DNA from: a virus
DNA length: 64,000 nucleotides
Reading direction: 5' to 3' (one strand)
IMG/VR virus record: IMGVR_UViG_3300005537_000002
Coordinates: 96,001 to 160,000 of that record
Part shown: piece by piece, positions 1-9,560 of the stretch
Layout: each line of letters opens with the position of its first letter
Position numbering within the stretch: the first letter of the stretch is position 1
Notes under the pieces: model-generated
The model's input: only the letters and a program-made list of their open reading frames with translations
Database searches by the model: none
Told to the model about the DNA's origin: nothing
Program-made: the position numbers and the translations under genes

Positions 1-2
1 AA

Positions 3-569
3 CGCGCCCTACGAACAGTCCGAAGCTTACTCGCCGACGAAATCGAGTTCTTGCAGAAAGGCTGTCGGGTCGAGCAGGACCTAAGATCAGGCAAGACCGT
101 TAAACGTCTTATACATCAGTTGGATTGTATCGAGAGTATAGAAGAAGCAGAGGGAATAGATAGTACGTTCGTACAAGACGTACTAGAGGAGTTGACGATT
201 GCCGACTTTAGCACGCAGTGTACGACGTACGTGAGTTCGCTCACGCCGGATGTGGAGTATGACTTTACTATGTCCCTAGAGACTCACACGCCGATGCTGG
301 TCTTTCTGTCGACAAGTACGGAAGAACGTATTCCCCTGGGGATGTTGAAAGTGCGTAGACACGATAGGCTACCGGAAGACCGTCTAGCACAGCTGGGCGC
401 GTACTTGGAGCTGTTCCGTCGGGACGAGCTCGCCTTTGTTAGGCGAGCTCGTTTAATTGGACAGCCTAACCTACCTGAAGAGGTACAGTTAAGGTGTAAA
501 AGAACGTGGGAAGAGGTGCTTGCACCGTTCTTTTACGAAGAGGGAGAAGAGCAAGCACAAGTAGTATAG
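3..569 (+). CDS. hypothetical protein, 5' truncated by window edge
   Basis: Frame open from base 3; shares an R-x-x-RLPED motif with 3160..3501. Confidence 0.8.
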   Translation, partial: RALRTVRSLLADEIEFLQKGCRVEQDLRSGKTVKRLIHQLDCIESIEEAEGIDSTFVQDVLEELTIADFSTQCTTYVSSLTPDVEYDFTMSLETHTPMLVFLSTSTEERIPLGMLKVRRHDRLPEDRLAQLGAYLELFRRDELAFVRRARLIGQPNLPEEVQLRCKRTWEEVLAPFFYEEGEEQAQVV

Positions 570-586
570 TTTTGGAGGTTGTCACT

Positions 587-1588
587 TTGGACGACAATGT
601 ATTCATGAGCGGTACCTTCAGTGTCGGTGGTTGGGTCGTGACGACTCTTTCGAACGGCACGGTAGCGTATGTAAGTTCCGGGGTATCAACGGTGTATGTT
701 ACACATAATGCAGTAGCTAGTACCTATACCCTCGAGTATAGAGACCCAACTAGGTTTCAGTCGAACCGACCACCGGACTTGCCGACATGCAAGTGTGCTA
801 GATCAGATGGTTGGGAGAATGACCTTACGTTAGACCGACCATCGGTATTGAATGAACATCAGTGGCAGCTATTCAAGGCAACTGGGTCCTTACGTGTGAA
901 TAGCAAGTTTACGGATGAACTACAACTACAAGTCCTAAAAGGGGAGCCTTGGATCCGACTCATCTCACGAGACGTAGCTGACCGTTACGAGGGTCACTAC
1001 CGAACCCTGTACGTCTGGAAGGACGAGTGGGTGTCCCGACTGTATAGCGAATATGAGCTAGCGTCAGTGATATTCGAGGCACTCGAGGACGAAGTTACGT
1101 TGATGACTGGAGACATTCGTACTACCGGTTGGAGTACTTCGGAGATTGACGGATATATGCCTTTGATGAGGTCGTTGCTGTTAGCACAGGAGACGCTGCC
1201 AGCTTCGGTGTCTCAAAAGCTGTTCGATGACTTACAGCGAGAGGATAGACATACGTTTGAGATAGTGATACCCAGTACGATCTGGCCTGACATTGAGTAT
1301 GCTATCGGTGGAGATGTGCTGCAGCATGCGTTTTCGGTCCGAGTACGCGAGCGAGGTATCATTGGGTTCCTCTGCATACAGCCGGAGGACTGTTACTTAC
1401 CACCTATCGATATGGTTGTGCTTCACTATGTGAGCCTAGCGACCGACGAACTGCGGCACGTATCTACGGGGGTATTCAGTACACATCATAGATATCCACT
1501 TGCAGAACACTACTGGAATAGTCTACTAAACGGCAACCTCAACGCTCCATTTCTGCTCATAGATCGGAAGGACTATTATGAGGAGTAA
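587..1588 (+). CDS. hypothetical protein
   Basis: Long ORF; start moved to TTG 587 (GGAGG at 574-578). Confidence 0.8.
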   Translation: MDDNVFMSGTFSVGGWVVTTLSNGTVAYVSSGVSTVYVTHNAVASTYTLEYRDPTRFQSNRPPDLPTCKCARSDGWENDLTLDRPSVLNEHQWQLFKATGSLRVNSKFTDELQLQVLKGEPWIRLISRDVADRYEGHYRTLYVWKDEWVSRLYSEYELASVIFEALEDEVTLMTGDIRTTGWSTSEIDGYMPLMRSLLLAQETLPASVSQKLFDDLQREDRHTFEIVIPSTIWPDIEYAIGGDVLQHAFSVRVRERGIIGFLCIQPEDCYLPPIDMVVLHYVSLATDELRHVSTGVFSTHHRYPLAEHYWNSLLNGNLNAPFLLIDRKDYYEE

Positions 1589-2036
1589 GCGAGCGACTTG
1601 CAGAGACTGTAGGAAACCACTAGACTCCGAGAACACCACCTACTGTAGAGAATGCGCTGCGAAACGAGCCGTAGAGCGACGTAGGAAAGGCCCCTTTGCT
1701 GAGCGGTGGCATGAAATACTCTACGTTATGGAGGATGTGTTACGTAGGGAGCAGTATAGTACGGGTTTAGTCTCTGGAGTTCGCTTCGTAAGATTGAGTC
1801 AGGTTAAGCGTATCGCACTTCTAAGTAGCGTAGCCCTACACTTATGGCCTAGGTCAAAATATGAAAGTCTGCTAGCAGAACTAGTAGATGCTCCAGTAGA
1901 CGGACTGTTGGGAGTCTATAACCATCGAGGACTCTCACGGGAGAGTATAGCTACTTACAGTGTAGGGTTCGAGCGGGACTTGAAGCGTGTCACTCGAGAC
2001 CGGTTAGGTTTCATCATAGTCGATGATACCGACTAG
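1578..2036 (+). CDS. N-terminal zinc-finger protein
   Basis: CRDC...YCREC followed by a basic helix. Confidence 0.75.
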   Translation: MRSKRATCRDCRKPLDSENTTYCRECAAKRAVERRRKGPFAERWHEILYVMEDVLRREQYSTGLVSGVRFVRLSQVKRIALLSSVALHLWPRSKYESLLAELVDAPVDGLLGVYNHRGLSRESIATYSVGFERDLKRVTRDRLGFIIVDDTD

Positions 2037-2068
2037 GCGGGCGAGTGCGCTTGTTTTTGAGATAGTTA

Positions 2069-2102
2069 CCTCTTGTTTTCAACCGGTGGAATTTATTATA
2101 AT
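2069..2102 (+). promoter_or_regulatory. phage early promoter (repeat family copy 1)
   Basis: CCTC-TTGTTT(2073-78)-N18-TATAAT(2097-2102), AT-rich leader, GGGAGG. Confidence 0.85.
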
Positions 2103-2144
2103 ATAAATAATAAATAAAATACTACACCACTAAAGGGAGGGAAA

Positions 2145-2678
2145 GTGCTTACTATTACTCAGTTGGGTGTGGAGACTGACAAACTCTACCTTAGGGAGTT
2201 CGAGACTCACGCTGTCCACTTGAGGAGGAAGTTTGCCGGAAGGGTACTACTTCGTACCGTAAACCTACTAGATCCGGTCGACGTAATAGATGCGTGGTCG
2301 AACGTGCAGAGTGCTGATATCGTCATAGCACACGTGAGTGCGGACTTTCTGTACGTGTTGGACTCATTGACCGATTATCAGTCCGGGCGTAACTTAGTCC
2401 GGGATGAGATTGTGAACAAGCGTAGTACGGGTGCTATGGTGATACTAGTAGCGCTTTCTCACTGCTCTTGGGATGAGGAAGCAGCCTTCGAAGGTTTGTA
2501 TCCCGTACCCAATCTTGCGGGAGTGAAGAAGTTCCCCGGTGGAAGGGATTCTGCTTGGAGAGCTGTCGTGACTGAAGTTGAGCGTACTATCAAGCACTAC
2601 TTGAGGATTTGCTCTAGGTGTGGTACTGATGTACCGACTGGCTTCAAATATTGCTCCGATTGTGGGGCTGAAGTCTAA
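2145..2678 (+). CDS. TIR-like domain protein with C-terminal double zinc ribbon
   Basis: D..L.E.E.H..L.R, ADIVIAHVSADFL, VILVALSHCSW, RDSAWRAV match the TIR_2 pattern; CSRC...CSDC tail. Confidence 0.75.
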   Translation: MLTITQLGVETDKLYLREFETHAVHLRRKFAGRVLLRTVNLLDPVDVIDAWSNVQSADIVIAHVSADFLYVLDSLTDYQSGRNLVRDEIVNKRSTGAMVILVALSHCSWDEEAAFEGLYPVPNLAGVKKFPGGRDSAWRAVVTEVERTIKHYLRICSRCGTDVPTGFKYCSDCGAEV

Positions 2679-2694
2679 AAGAAGGGGGTTACAT

Positions 2695-3156
2695 ATGCCA
2701 AAAATTGTGTCAGTGTTCTGTGCTGAGAAGCAGAAGGCAGACCGTAAACTAGCTGATGAGTTGGGGGTTAGTCTAGAGTTGTGTGGTATTCCGTATTACG
2801 ATATGAGTACGTCACTCATAGCAGGTACCGAGTTGCGGACGGAACTGGATCGCTTCTGGAAGGAGTCGACGTTAGGAATACTGATCATGTCAAGTAGCTT
2901 ACTCTCAGAGGCTTCCAGGGAGAGTACTGTCATTGGGAGAATGGTACGGAAGTGCTTTGCAGAGGCTATGCCTAGTGAGAAGGCTAGTGGGAGCTACGCT
3001 GTGATGGCGAGTGACTGTCTCCTGGACTTCTCGGAGCTTTCTTACCTGAGACGGGAACTTACCGCCAGCGGTGACTTTTGGTTGAATGCTAATACTCAAG
3101 AACGGGATGTGTCGTGGAACCTCTTTATGAGAAAGTTGCTATCCGATCTGAGGTAA
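2695..3156 (+). CDS. degenerate TIR-like domain protein
   Basis: VF...DRKLADEL..., IAGTE..ELD, ILIMSSSLL; start moved to ATG 2695 (SD GAAGGGGG). Confidence 0.65.
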   Translation: MPKIVSVFCAEKQKADRKLADELGVSLELCGIPYYDMSTSLIAGTELRTELDRFWKESTLGILIMSSSLLSEASRESTVIGRMVRKCFAEAMPSEKASGSYAVMASDCLLDFSELSYLRRELTASGDFWLNANTQERDVSWNLFMRKLLSDLR

Positions 3157-3159
3157 TAT

Positions 3160-3501
3160 ATGTGTAACAATGGGGTAACTAATACTCACCCAACAGCAGG
3201 ACTAACGACAACCGGTTGGTTGTTTCAGTTCGGCCCTATCGATGTAGACTTGACAGAAAGGCCGTTTCTACATGAGGTTATGTGGCTATACGCGGTCAAG
3301 TCAAGAGACCGTAGACTGCCGGAAGACGTAAGACTGGCATGTTGCGAAGTTGTAGCTGTCTGTCAGTCAAAAACTATGCAGAATCACGGCCATCACAGAC
3401 GACGTGCTTTTACAGACAGAATGGTACGACCTGAGCTAACGCAAGCACAGTTAGCAGTGTTTACTGAGGCGAACGAGTGGATGCAACTAGTACGAAACTA
3501 A
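3160..3501 (+). CDS. hypothetical protein
   Basis: Co-oriented ORF; RLPED motif shared with the first ORF. Confidence 0.75.
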   Translation: MCNNGVTNTHPTAGLTTTGWLFQFGPIDVDLTERPFLHEVMWLYAVKSRDRRLPEDVRLACCEVVAVCQSKTMQNHGHHRRRAFTDRMVRPELTQAQLAVFTEANEWMQLVRN

Positions 3502-3511
3502 GGAGAAATAT

Positions 3512-4270
3512 ATGTCGGATAACCCTACTAGCGCGACATTTAGACGACTTAAAGCGTTAATGGCTTTAAGAGACCACCCGGGTACGCCAGAAGAAGCTGC
3601 ATCCGCCGCAGCTAAAGTACAGGAGTTACTAGCTAAGTACAATCTAGAGGTAGCACAGGTGGAGCAGTTCGGTTCTACGGATGACTACACAGAAACACCC
3701 GTAGACCTGGGTGTTCCTTTCGGTGTACCTACCGCTTGGCGTAGACAGCTACTAGCCGAGATAGCCGGCTGTAACTTCTGCCAGACTGTCGGTATTAAGT
3801 ACGCTGCTAGTGCTATGCATCAACCTGCGACTAAGCAACCCCCACAGATCTCTATGCTAGTAGGTCAACCTCATAACATAGAGGTCGTTAAGTACCTCTT
3901 TACGTACTTAACTGGAGCTATCTCCTCTTTGGGGGAAGCGAGTTGGTTAGGCAATAGATATCGTGTCCGCATGCCGAAAATGCAGTACATGGACAGCTTC
4001 TACAAAGGAGCTGTATTAACTGTTGCGCGTCGGTTGAGGAGTCAGCAGTCAGTTACTAGCTCTGCTGACAGAAACATGCAAGCGTTGATGGTCGTGAAGG
4101 ACCAAGCTCTTGCGACCGCAGTCAAAAAGTTTCACCCGAAATTGGTTGCTGGACCAATAACTAATGCAACCAGTGCGGACGCTTTCAATGCCGGTGTACA
4201 GGCCGGCAACCGTATACAGATTAACAAAGGCCTAAGCGGAGCTACTCCGAAACCAAAGCAACTGAATTAA
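3512..4270 (+). CDS. DUF2786 domain protein
   Basis: RLKALMAL...TPEEAASAAAKVQELLAKYNL; later VEVVKYLFTYL and SFYKGAV motifs. Confidence 0.85.
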   Translation: MSDNPTSATFRRLKALMALRDHPGTPEEAASAAAKVQELLAKYNLEVAQVEQFGSTDDYTETPVDLGVPFGVPTAWRRQLLAEIAGCNFCQTVGIKYAASAMHQPATKQPPQISMLVGQPHNIEVVKYLFTYLTGAISSLGEASWLGNRYRVRMPKMQYMDSFYKGAVLTVARRLRSQQSVTSSADRNMQALMVVKDQALATAVKKFHPKLVAGPITNATSADAFNAGVQAGNRIQINKGLSGATPKPKQLN

Positions 4271-4284
4271 GGAGTGGGTAAAGT

Positions 4285-4485
4285 ATGAAGTGGCAGTACT
4301 GGGTCGGCCAACTCGTAATAGGTGTAGCATCTGCGTCTGCAGGAGGTTTGCTAGGTTGGACGTTCTGGTACATCGGTATAGATTGGGTGATGTTACTAGT
4401 AGTAGCCGTTTGTACCATACTGGTATCTGCCAGTAACATCGTTTGGATAGAACTTTGCAAGCGAAAGGGGTGGTATAGTGTTTAA
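4285..4485 (+). CDS. small membrane protein
   Basis: Two hydrophobic segments; SD AAGGAG. Confidence 0.75.
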   Translation: MKWQYWVGQLVIGVASASAGGLLGWTFWYIGIDWVMLLVVAVCTILVSASNIVWIELCKRKGWYSV

Positions 4486-4705
4486 GGGTAGGCATTTGCC
4501 TAAGAACTGGCGTTTTTGGTTAGGAGTTGTAGTTCTTACAACGCTAGTAGTATGGCTTACGTATACTAGTAGAGACCTCCTAACGGTGGGTTTGTACCCA
4601 GCGACGTGGCACACTTTTTTACGCTGTGCTTGTCGGTGTACTTGTATGATGTGTGGTCTTCGTGTGCTGGACTATCGTTTGTGGATTGATGAGGTGGTAT
4701 CGTGA
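4478..4705 (+). CDS. small membrane protein
   Basis: One TM segment; overlaps both neighbours. Confidence 0.6.
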   Translation: MFKGRHLPKNWRFWLGVVVLTTLVVWLTYTSRDLLTVGLYPATWHTFLRCACRCTCMMCGLRVLDYRLWIDEVVS

Positions 4706-5115
4706 CTAAAGACCCTATCGGTAGTAGGCTGGTTGGAGATGGTGCGTCCTCGGTCAGGACGTATACGCCGCCAGACGAGAGTAGGAAGACCGAACGTGAG
4801 TTATTGGAAGACGTTATTGAGTCGACCGGTGCAAAGTCAGCGGTTGCTGACAATCATTCAGGACATGGTTTGGTATGGGATACAGGCTATACGATGTCAC
4901 CCGCTCCTAAGTCTGGGGTAGGAACGTTAGCGTTTCGGCTGTACTACCACGGTCTAGGAGAAACTGAACGTCTCGCTTGGTTCTATCAAGTGCAAGCGGA
5001 GCTAGAGCGAGTAGGCTACTGTGCTAAACTAGTCGCAAATACGCGGGCGAATGCCGAGCTCGGTAGTCAAGAGTTGTTGGTGTGGATACCAACAAGAAAG
5101 AAGGAGAACGTATGA
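4702..5115 (+). CDS. hypothetical protein
   Basis: GTGA overlap; LYY...L...GY motif like 11253..11519. Confidence 0.8.
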   Translation: MTKDPIGSRLVGDGASSVRTYTPPDESRKTERELLEDVIESTGAKSAVADNHSGHGLVWDTGYTMSPAPKSGVGTLAFRLYYHGLGETERLAWFYQVQAELERVGYCAKLVANTRANAELGSQELLVWIPTRKKENV

Positions 5116-5360
5116 GTCTACTAATAGTTGGTCTAGTCTGCTTAACTACAGTACTTATAACGTACATGACACTTTTGGCCACAAAGTTGGTGGCAGAAGC
5201 CTTTGTAAGCGTAAGTCAGGAACGTACTAAACAGCTGCCGTACGCAGTACAAATAGCGGATGCTCTAGCTCGAAAGGCAGAGTACGAGTACGGTGAAGAA
5301 GACGAGGAAGAGTCAGAAGACGATGACGAGGGTCCCTTTAAGGATATGGGTATGCGTTAG
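5112..5360 (+). CDS. membrane-anchored protein with acidic tail
   Basis: N-terminal TM, poly-E/D C-terminus; start moved to ATG 5112 (SD AAGGAG). Confidence 0.8.
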   Translation: MSLLIVGLVCLTTVLITYMTLLATKLVAEAFVSVSQERTKQLPYAVQIADALARKAEYEYGEEDEEESEDDDEGPFKDMGMR

Positions 5361-5379
5361 GTTTCAAGACTAGAAAGGG

Positions 5380-5619
5380 TTGATGATGTCTCCGTACTAC
5401 ATCGATACATTTGTAGGGTTAATTATTGTTGTTGCTACTTTCACGATACCGTCTATCATCTCCCAACTTAAGAGTTGGCGAGTTGACATCGAGGTAGAGC
5501 ACACTAAACAGGAGGAGCTACGTCTAAAGCAACTCGAGTTAGAGGTGCAACTAAAGGGTCAGCCTAAAGAAGCCGTAGAAGAACAGGGTTGGCAGTACCT
5601 TCCCCCACAAGGGAGGTAG
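5380..5619 (+). CDS. membrane-anchored coiled-coil protein
   Basis: TM then KQEELRLKQLELE. Confidence 0.8.
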   Translation: MMMSPYYIDTFVGLIIVVATFTIPSIISQLKSWRVDIEVEHTKQEELRLKQLELEVQLKGQPKEAVEEQGWQYLPPQGR

Positions 5620-5622
5620 AGT

Positions 5623-6000
5623 ATGTCAGAAGGGGAGTCTGTACCAGTAGATGAAGAACTGTTAGATAAGCTGTGCGAGAACTTTCGGTTCTACCTTATT
5701 AGGGTAGCAGATATGTGGTGGAGAGCTCATAAGGATGCGTGGCCGGAGGATCCTAACCAGTTCAAGATACCCGAAGCTCTTGCGGAGGTGTTGCACTCTT
5801 CTATGGAAGGTTGGGTGGTAGCACACTGGGACGAGTGGAGAGCTGTAGTGGGTTCGGGTAGTGTACTAGTAGGTCACGACGTAAAGAAAGAGTACGTTCT
5901 TCAGGTAATGGGGGAAGACCTGAGAATGTTGCGTAATGAGGGCTACGTTAGCTCACCACATTGGGTGAGTACGGGACCTAGTGAAGATCAACCGGAGTAG
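5623..6000 (+). CDS. hypothetical protein
   Basis: SD GGGAGG; no family recognised. Confidence 0.8.
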   Translation: MSEGESVPVDEELLDKLCENFRFYLIRVADMWWRAHKDAWPEDPNQFKIPEALAEVLHSSMEGWVVAHWDEWRAVVGSGSVLVGHDVKKEYVLQVMGEDLRMLRNEGYVSSPHWVSTGPSEDQPE

Positions 6001-6011
6001 TTACGTAGTAG

Positions 6012-6041
6012 AGTAGGCGAATATGTTCGCCTACTTGTTTT
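6012..6041 (+). terminator. intrinsic terminator overlapping promoter -35
   Basis: AGTAGGCGAA-TATG-TTCGCCTACT then TGTTTT. Confidence 0.85.
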
Positions 6042-6064
6042 CAAACGTTTGTATATATTATAAT
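6031..6064 (+). promoter_or_regulatory. phage early promoter (copy 2)
   Basis: TTGTTT(6035-40)-N18-TATAAT(6059-64). Confidence 0.85.
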
Positions 6065-6103
6065 ATAAACGACCACAATTTATAAACAAAGGAGGTTACG
6101 GAC

Positions 6104-6427
6104 ATGTTGCTAGACAACTCTAATAGCACACCGTCAGCTGTGTACGCTCGTGCAGTGTCAGAAGCATTCGGCGAGATTGAGGAGATTTGTAATACGTATG
6201 TAGTAGGCCCGCGTATGTTAGGCATGATTGAAGTCGTATTACAGGATCTAATTGACAGAGTCGGTAGGGACATTGAGAGTAGGTGGCTAGATATGCGGTT
6301 GCGAGAGACGCAAGAGGCTCATAATACAATGATGCAAGCCTTATTCGCTGGCCTTGGTATGAGAGAACCCGTAGACGCTGTCGTTGTGCCAGTAGAGTAC
6401 GAAACTGCGGAGAACGGAGACGAGTGA
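6104..6427 (+). CDS. hypothetical protein
   Basis: SD AAAGGAGG after the promoter. Confidence 0.85.
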   Translation: MLLDNSNSTPSAVYARAVSEAFGEIEEICNTYVVGPRMLGMIEVVLQDLIDRVGRDIESRWLDMRLRETQEAHNTMMQALFAGLGMREPVDAVVVPVEYETAENGDE

Positions 6428-6717
6428 TGTCGGTCAAGCATGTTTCACATACAAGGGAGGAGTTACTAGAACTGATACCACTGAAGCTGAAGACGTATCC
6501 CGCTCTAGCGGCAGGACTTTTACTAAAGTTGTTTCAGGGTACACCAGCAGATAATGTCCACTATGCTTTAGAGCGACTTAGAGCGGATGGTATAGTTTTA
6601 CGGGCTGCTATACCAACTGGTAAGGATATCGTCGCAGTATACTACCATAGAACCTCTACTGTGTTTATAGAAGCGTTTTATAATGCCCAGTTCGGAGACC
6701 GATGGAGTAGATACTAG
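6424..6717 (+). CDS. putative winged-helix protein
   Basis: V.YAL.RL...G.V wing pattern; paralogue of 9246..9560. Confidence 0.6.
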   Translation: MMSVKHVSHTREELLELIPLKLKTYPALAAGLLLKLFQGTPADNVHYALERLRADGIVLRAAIPTGKDIVAVYYHRTSTVFIEAFYNAQFGDRWSRY

Positions 6718-7255
6718 AAGGGGTGTTGCTATAAAAATATGGACGCTTGACCGTAACTGGTGGGAGTGTTTTCGTGCGTTAGACACCCAACGGTTGCTGG
6801 CGCAACATTTTGAGCATCATACGATACTGTCGATGGTAGCTAGGGGTAGACGTTGGAAAGGCTGGGAGGAGCCTCAGTATAGGTTTGAGTTGGTAAGCTT
6901 GCATGATATGATAGTCGAGGAGCTACGAGTACGTAAGATGCCTTCTGGACTTAAGCATCTGACACCAGTCGAGCATGAAGTGTGCGTAGATGAGCAGCGA
7001 ACGTATCCTATCACCGATGACATGTTAGAGGACGAACGTTGGGCCTTAACATGTCGTTGGAATGGGGTGTATAAAGGTAGAGACGAACCTCCGTTTTGGT
7101 GGTTGGGGTATGAAGAGCGTTATCAAGCACAGGGAGGTGTCTGCCTTCATAACGGTGACGTAGAACGTATCGACAGCGACACCTACCTGTGCTTACTCTG
7201 CAAGCAGTTCACACGAGAAGCTGGAACTAAGTTATGGGAGCCAAAAAGAAAGTGA
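6683..7255 (+). CDS. hypothetical protein with C-terminal Cys cluster
   Basis: CLH...CLLC; start uncertain. Confidence 0.75.
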   Translation: MPSSETDGVDTRRGVAIKIWTLDRNWWECFRALDTQRLLAQHFEHHTILSMVARGRRWKGWEEPQYRFELVSLHDMIVEELRVRKMPSGLKHLTPVEHEVCVDEQRTYPITDDMLEDERWALTCRWNGVYKGRDEPPFWWLGYEERYQAQGGVCLHNGDVERIDSDTYLCLLCKQFTREAGTKLWEPKRK

Positions 7256-7617
7256 GTAAGCAGATGTTGACGACGTTGCAAAACTTCATTTGGGAACGAG
7301 TTCCTCCTGGCAGGATTGCTGCTAGATTCAAACATGAGTTGAGAGTACAGTTAGGGGTAAAGCCCTTTATGTCGGTCTCGTTAGATGAGGACGGTGTTAA
7401 GCAGTACGAAACGCTGCTGTCATCAGTGGTAGTAGCAGACTTTATACAACACATGCAAGAGCATGAAGCTGCTTACTGGTCGTCTTTAGGTTACGATCCA
7501 CCGCTAGTAACAGCGGCGACAGCATACGCGATAGCACTAGGCATACCGACTGTGCTATCAGAGATCTTCCAGAACAGCGTGTTGATGAGAGCCTGGACAA
7601 AGGAGACAGAAGAATGA
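7252..7617 (+). CDS. hypothetical protein
   Basis: GTGA overlap start; paralogue of 7614..7952. Confidence 0.75.
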   Translation: MSKQMLTTLQNFIWERVPPGRIAARFKHELRVQLGVKPFMSVSLDEDGVKQYETLLSSVVVADFIQHMQEHEAAYWSSLGYDPPLVTAATAYAIALGIPTVLSEIFQNSVLMRAWTKETEE

Positions 7618-7952
7618 TGACGCTACAAGAGTTTATACAGCAGTTTGTACCTTCGTTGTCTCTTCAACTTCGGTTTCTACACTCGTTGAAGTCCGAGTGG
7701 GGTATTAAGTCCGATCTTAACCTACAGCACACGTTGAACGCAGCTGACCTAGACGAGTGTAAAGATGTACTAGCTCAAGAGATAGCACACGAGTACGTAC
7801 GTGTTATGCAGGGAGCTGACGAGAACTATTGGAATAGTGTGAAGGACGATGAACTTCGAGGGATAGCTATTCAGCACATACTTGATGGCGTCGTAGGCGA
7901 TCTAGCGGAAGTAGTTTTCGGTAAGAGTAAGATCTTTAGCGATGAGGAGTAG
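7614..7952 (+). CDS. hypothetical protein
   Basis: TLQ.FI..., RF.H.L...G.K, YW.S shared with the previous gene. Confidence 0.8.
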   Translation: MMTLQEFIQQFVPSLSLQLRFLHSLKSEWGIKSDLNLQHTLNAADLDECKDVLAQEIAHEYVRVMQGADENYWNSVKDDELRGIAIQHILDGVVGDLAEVVFGKSKIFSDEE

Positions 7953-7954
7953 GG

Positions 7955-8287
7955 ATGGCTATGACTCTAGGGAATGAATTGGAACGTATGATTCACGACG
8001 TCTTGTTGAAGGGGGGGTTCAGCGACTTTGTGACCCGACAGGTGTACGGTCGTAGGGGTGTGATAGTGTTCTATTCCGACCCTACCGGCGTGCAGATGTC
8101 TTCGCTCGAGAGAAAGCACAAGGTCGGTGGGATCTGTGACAGACTCATCAAATATGGGTTACCTGCTGAATACGACTGGTACCTCGGGTCGTACGTCTGT
8201 GTAGTATCTTTTAGGGAGGAGATTCCACCGTATGTAACTGCAGCAGAGGAAGATTGCGAGGAAGAGCAGTATGAAGAGACTGCCTGA
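7955..8287 (+). CDS. hypothetical protein
   Basis: Co-oriented ORF with acidic tail. Confidence 0.8.
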   Translation: MAMTLGNELERMIHDVLLKGGFSDFVTRQVYGRRGVIVFYSDPTGVQMSSLERKHKVGGICDRLIKYGLPAEYDWYLGSYVCVVSFREEIPPYVTAAEEDCEEEQYEETA

Positions 8288-8312
8288 CGAGTAAGTGAGG
8301 TTAGCCTAGGGG

Positions 8313-8349
8313 TAGCCTCTTGTAAAAGCAGGAGGCTATATTTTATAAT
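8313..8349 (+). promoter_or_regulatory. phage early promoter (copy 3) with hairpin over -35
   Basis: TTGTAA(8320-25)-N18-TATAAT(8344-49); stem TAGCCTCTTG/CAGGAGGCTA. Confidence 0.85.
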
Positions 8350-8365
8350 TATAGTATAAACATCG

Positions 8366-8992
8366 TTGGCACGCGATAGGAGCACAGGTATGCAGACCGG
8401 TATCCCCGACTACGACCGTTGGTACGTGGAACAAGCCCCTTACATTCAGGTAAGCTGGGCACAGATCATCGACGCTGTGCTATGCCGGCTTAGGACTGGA
8501 GTAACAGCGACTGACTTAGCGGGTATTAGATGGAGTGTCGCAGTAGACTTTGTGACACTGACTAAATCTCCTGATCCGATTAAGTACGCAATAGCGTACG
8601 CAGCAGTAGAAGGGGAGGAGTTCCACGACAACCGGGGAGAGTTTCCACAAGCTACATGGAAGAAGTTACTATGGGATATAAGGGTATCCCATATGGAAGG
8701 TTGCGCGGTAGGAGAGCTGTATGAACGTCATTATACGTCTTGGAGGTATTTTGAGGAGCTTTGGTTCCTCGACCCTATTAAGTACTCTTACTTGCATGAC
8801 GGTATGCAGTTGGAGAACCCCTCAGACAGTCAGTTGCTTGAAATCACGCACTATTGGGCTAGTGCGATCATGACTCGAGTAGACTACGTCAGCTTTCCGG
8901 ATAGAGCGTATGACCAGTGGCTGACAGCTAAACTAAGGCAACCCGGAGCTATAAGTAGACTACAGGAGAAACTGTTGGAGTTTTTAGCATAA
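8366..8992 (+). CDS. hypothetical protein
   Basis: 208 aa aromatic-rich ORF after the promoter. Confidence 0.8.
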   Translation: MARDRSTGMQTGIPDYDRWYVEQAPYIQVSWAQIIDAVLCRLRTGVTATDLAGIRWSVAVDFVTLTKSPDPIKYAIAYAAVEGEEFHDNRGEFPQATWKKLLWDIRVSHMEGCAVGELYERHYTSWRYFEELWFLDPIKYSYLHDGMQLENPSDSQLLEITHYWASAIMTRVDYVSFPDRAYDQWLTAKLRQPGAISRLQEKLLEFLA

Positions 8993-9249
8993 TGGTACTA
9001 GTATCCGGTAGGGACGTAGACAGTATCTGTAGGTCGATCGACTTCATATGCGACGGGGTGCATAGCAACTGGTCGTTTTCAGCTAGTTTCCTGCTACCGT
9101 TTTCGTATGAACAGGTGGTAGCTATTCAGGAGTTTGTAGCTACCTTCTTACGTATACCGTCTGCGGCTACTGCAGGGCTTATCCAGATAGAGGTGAGGAT
9201 GCCGGGTAATCCTCATACAGTGACAGCGTATATAGGTAGAGTTGAGTGA
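8992..9249 (+). CDS. hypothetical protein
   Basis: Stop/start overlap. Confidence 0.75.
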   Translation: MVLVSGRDVDSICRSIDFICDGVHSNWSFSASFLLPFSYEQVVAIQEFVATFLRIPSAATAGLIQIEVRMPGNPHTVTAYIGRVE

Positions 9250-9560
9250 AGAAGAGCTACACGACAGACGACTTGAAGGTCGCCATACCAAAAACGTTGA
9301 AGATGCTACTAACTGCGACCGTTGGCAGCCTACGATCTCGTATGCCAAAGTCCAAAGTAGCTGATATAAGGTTTGTACTAAACCACTTAGTAAGTATAGG
9401 ACTTCTAAAGGCGGCACTTATACCTGCGGAGACGCATACAGGGTTAGAACTCGTCTTTTACCGTATAGAGTCCTCGGATGAAGTAGAAGCACTATACAAC
9501 TACTACTACGGTCAGTCTTGGGTCCCTTACAGGCTAGCAAGTATGGAGGAGGTAACGTAG
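9246..9560 (+). CDS. putative winged-helix protein
   Basis: IRFVL..L...GLL; paralogue of 6424..6717. Confidence 0.6.
   Translation: MKKSYTTDDLKVAIPKTLKMLLTATVGSLRSRMPKSKVADIRFVLNHLVSIGLLKAALIPAETHTGLELVFYRIESSDEVEALYNYYYGQSWVPYRLASMEEVT

Noticed and set aside
6441-6456. TGTTTCACAT half of the parS-like motif
   Set aside because: No second half-site, and it is inside a CDS.
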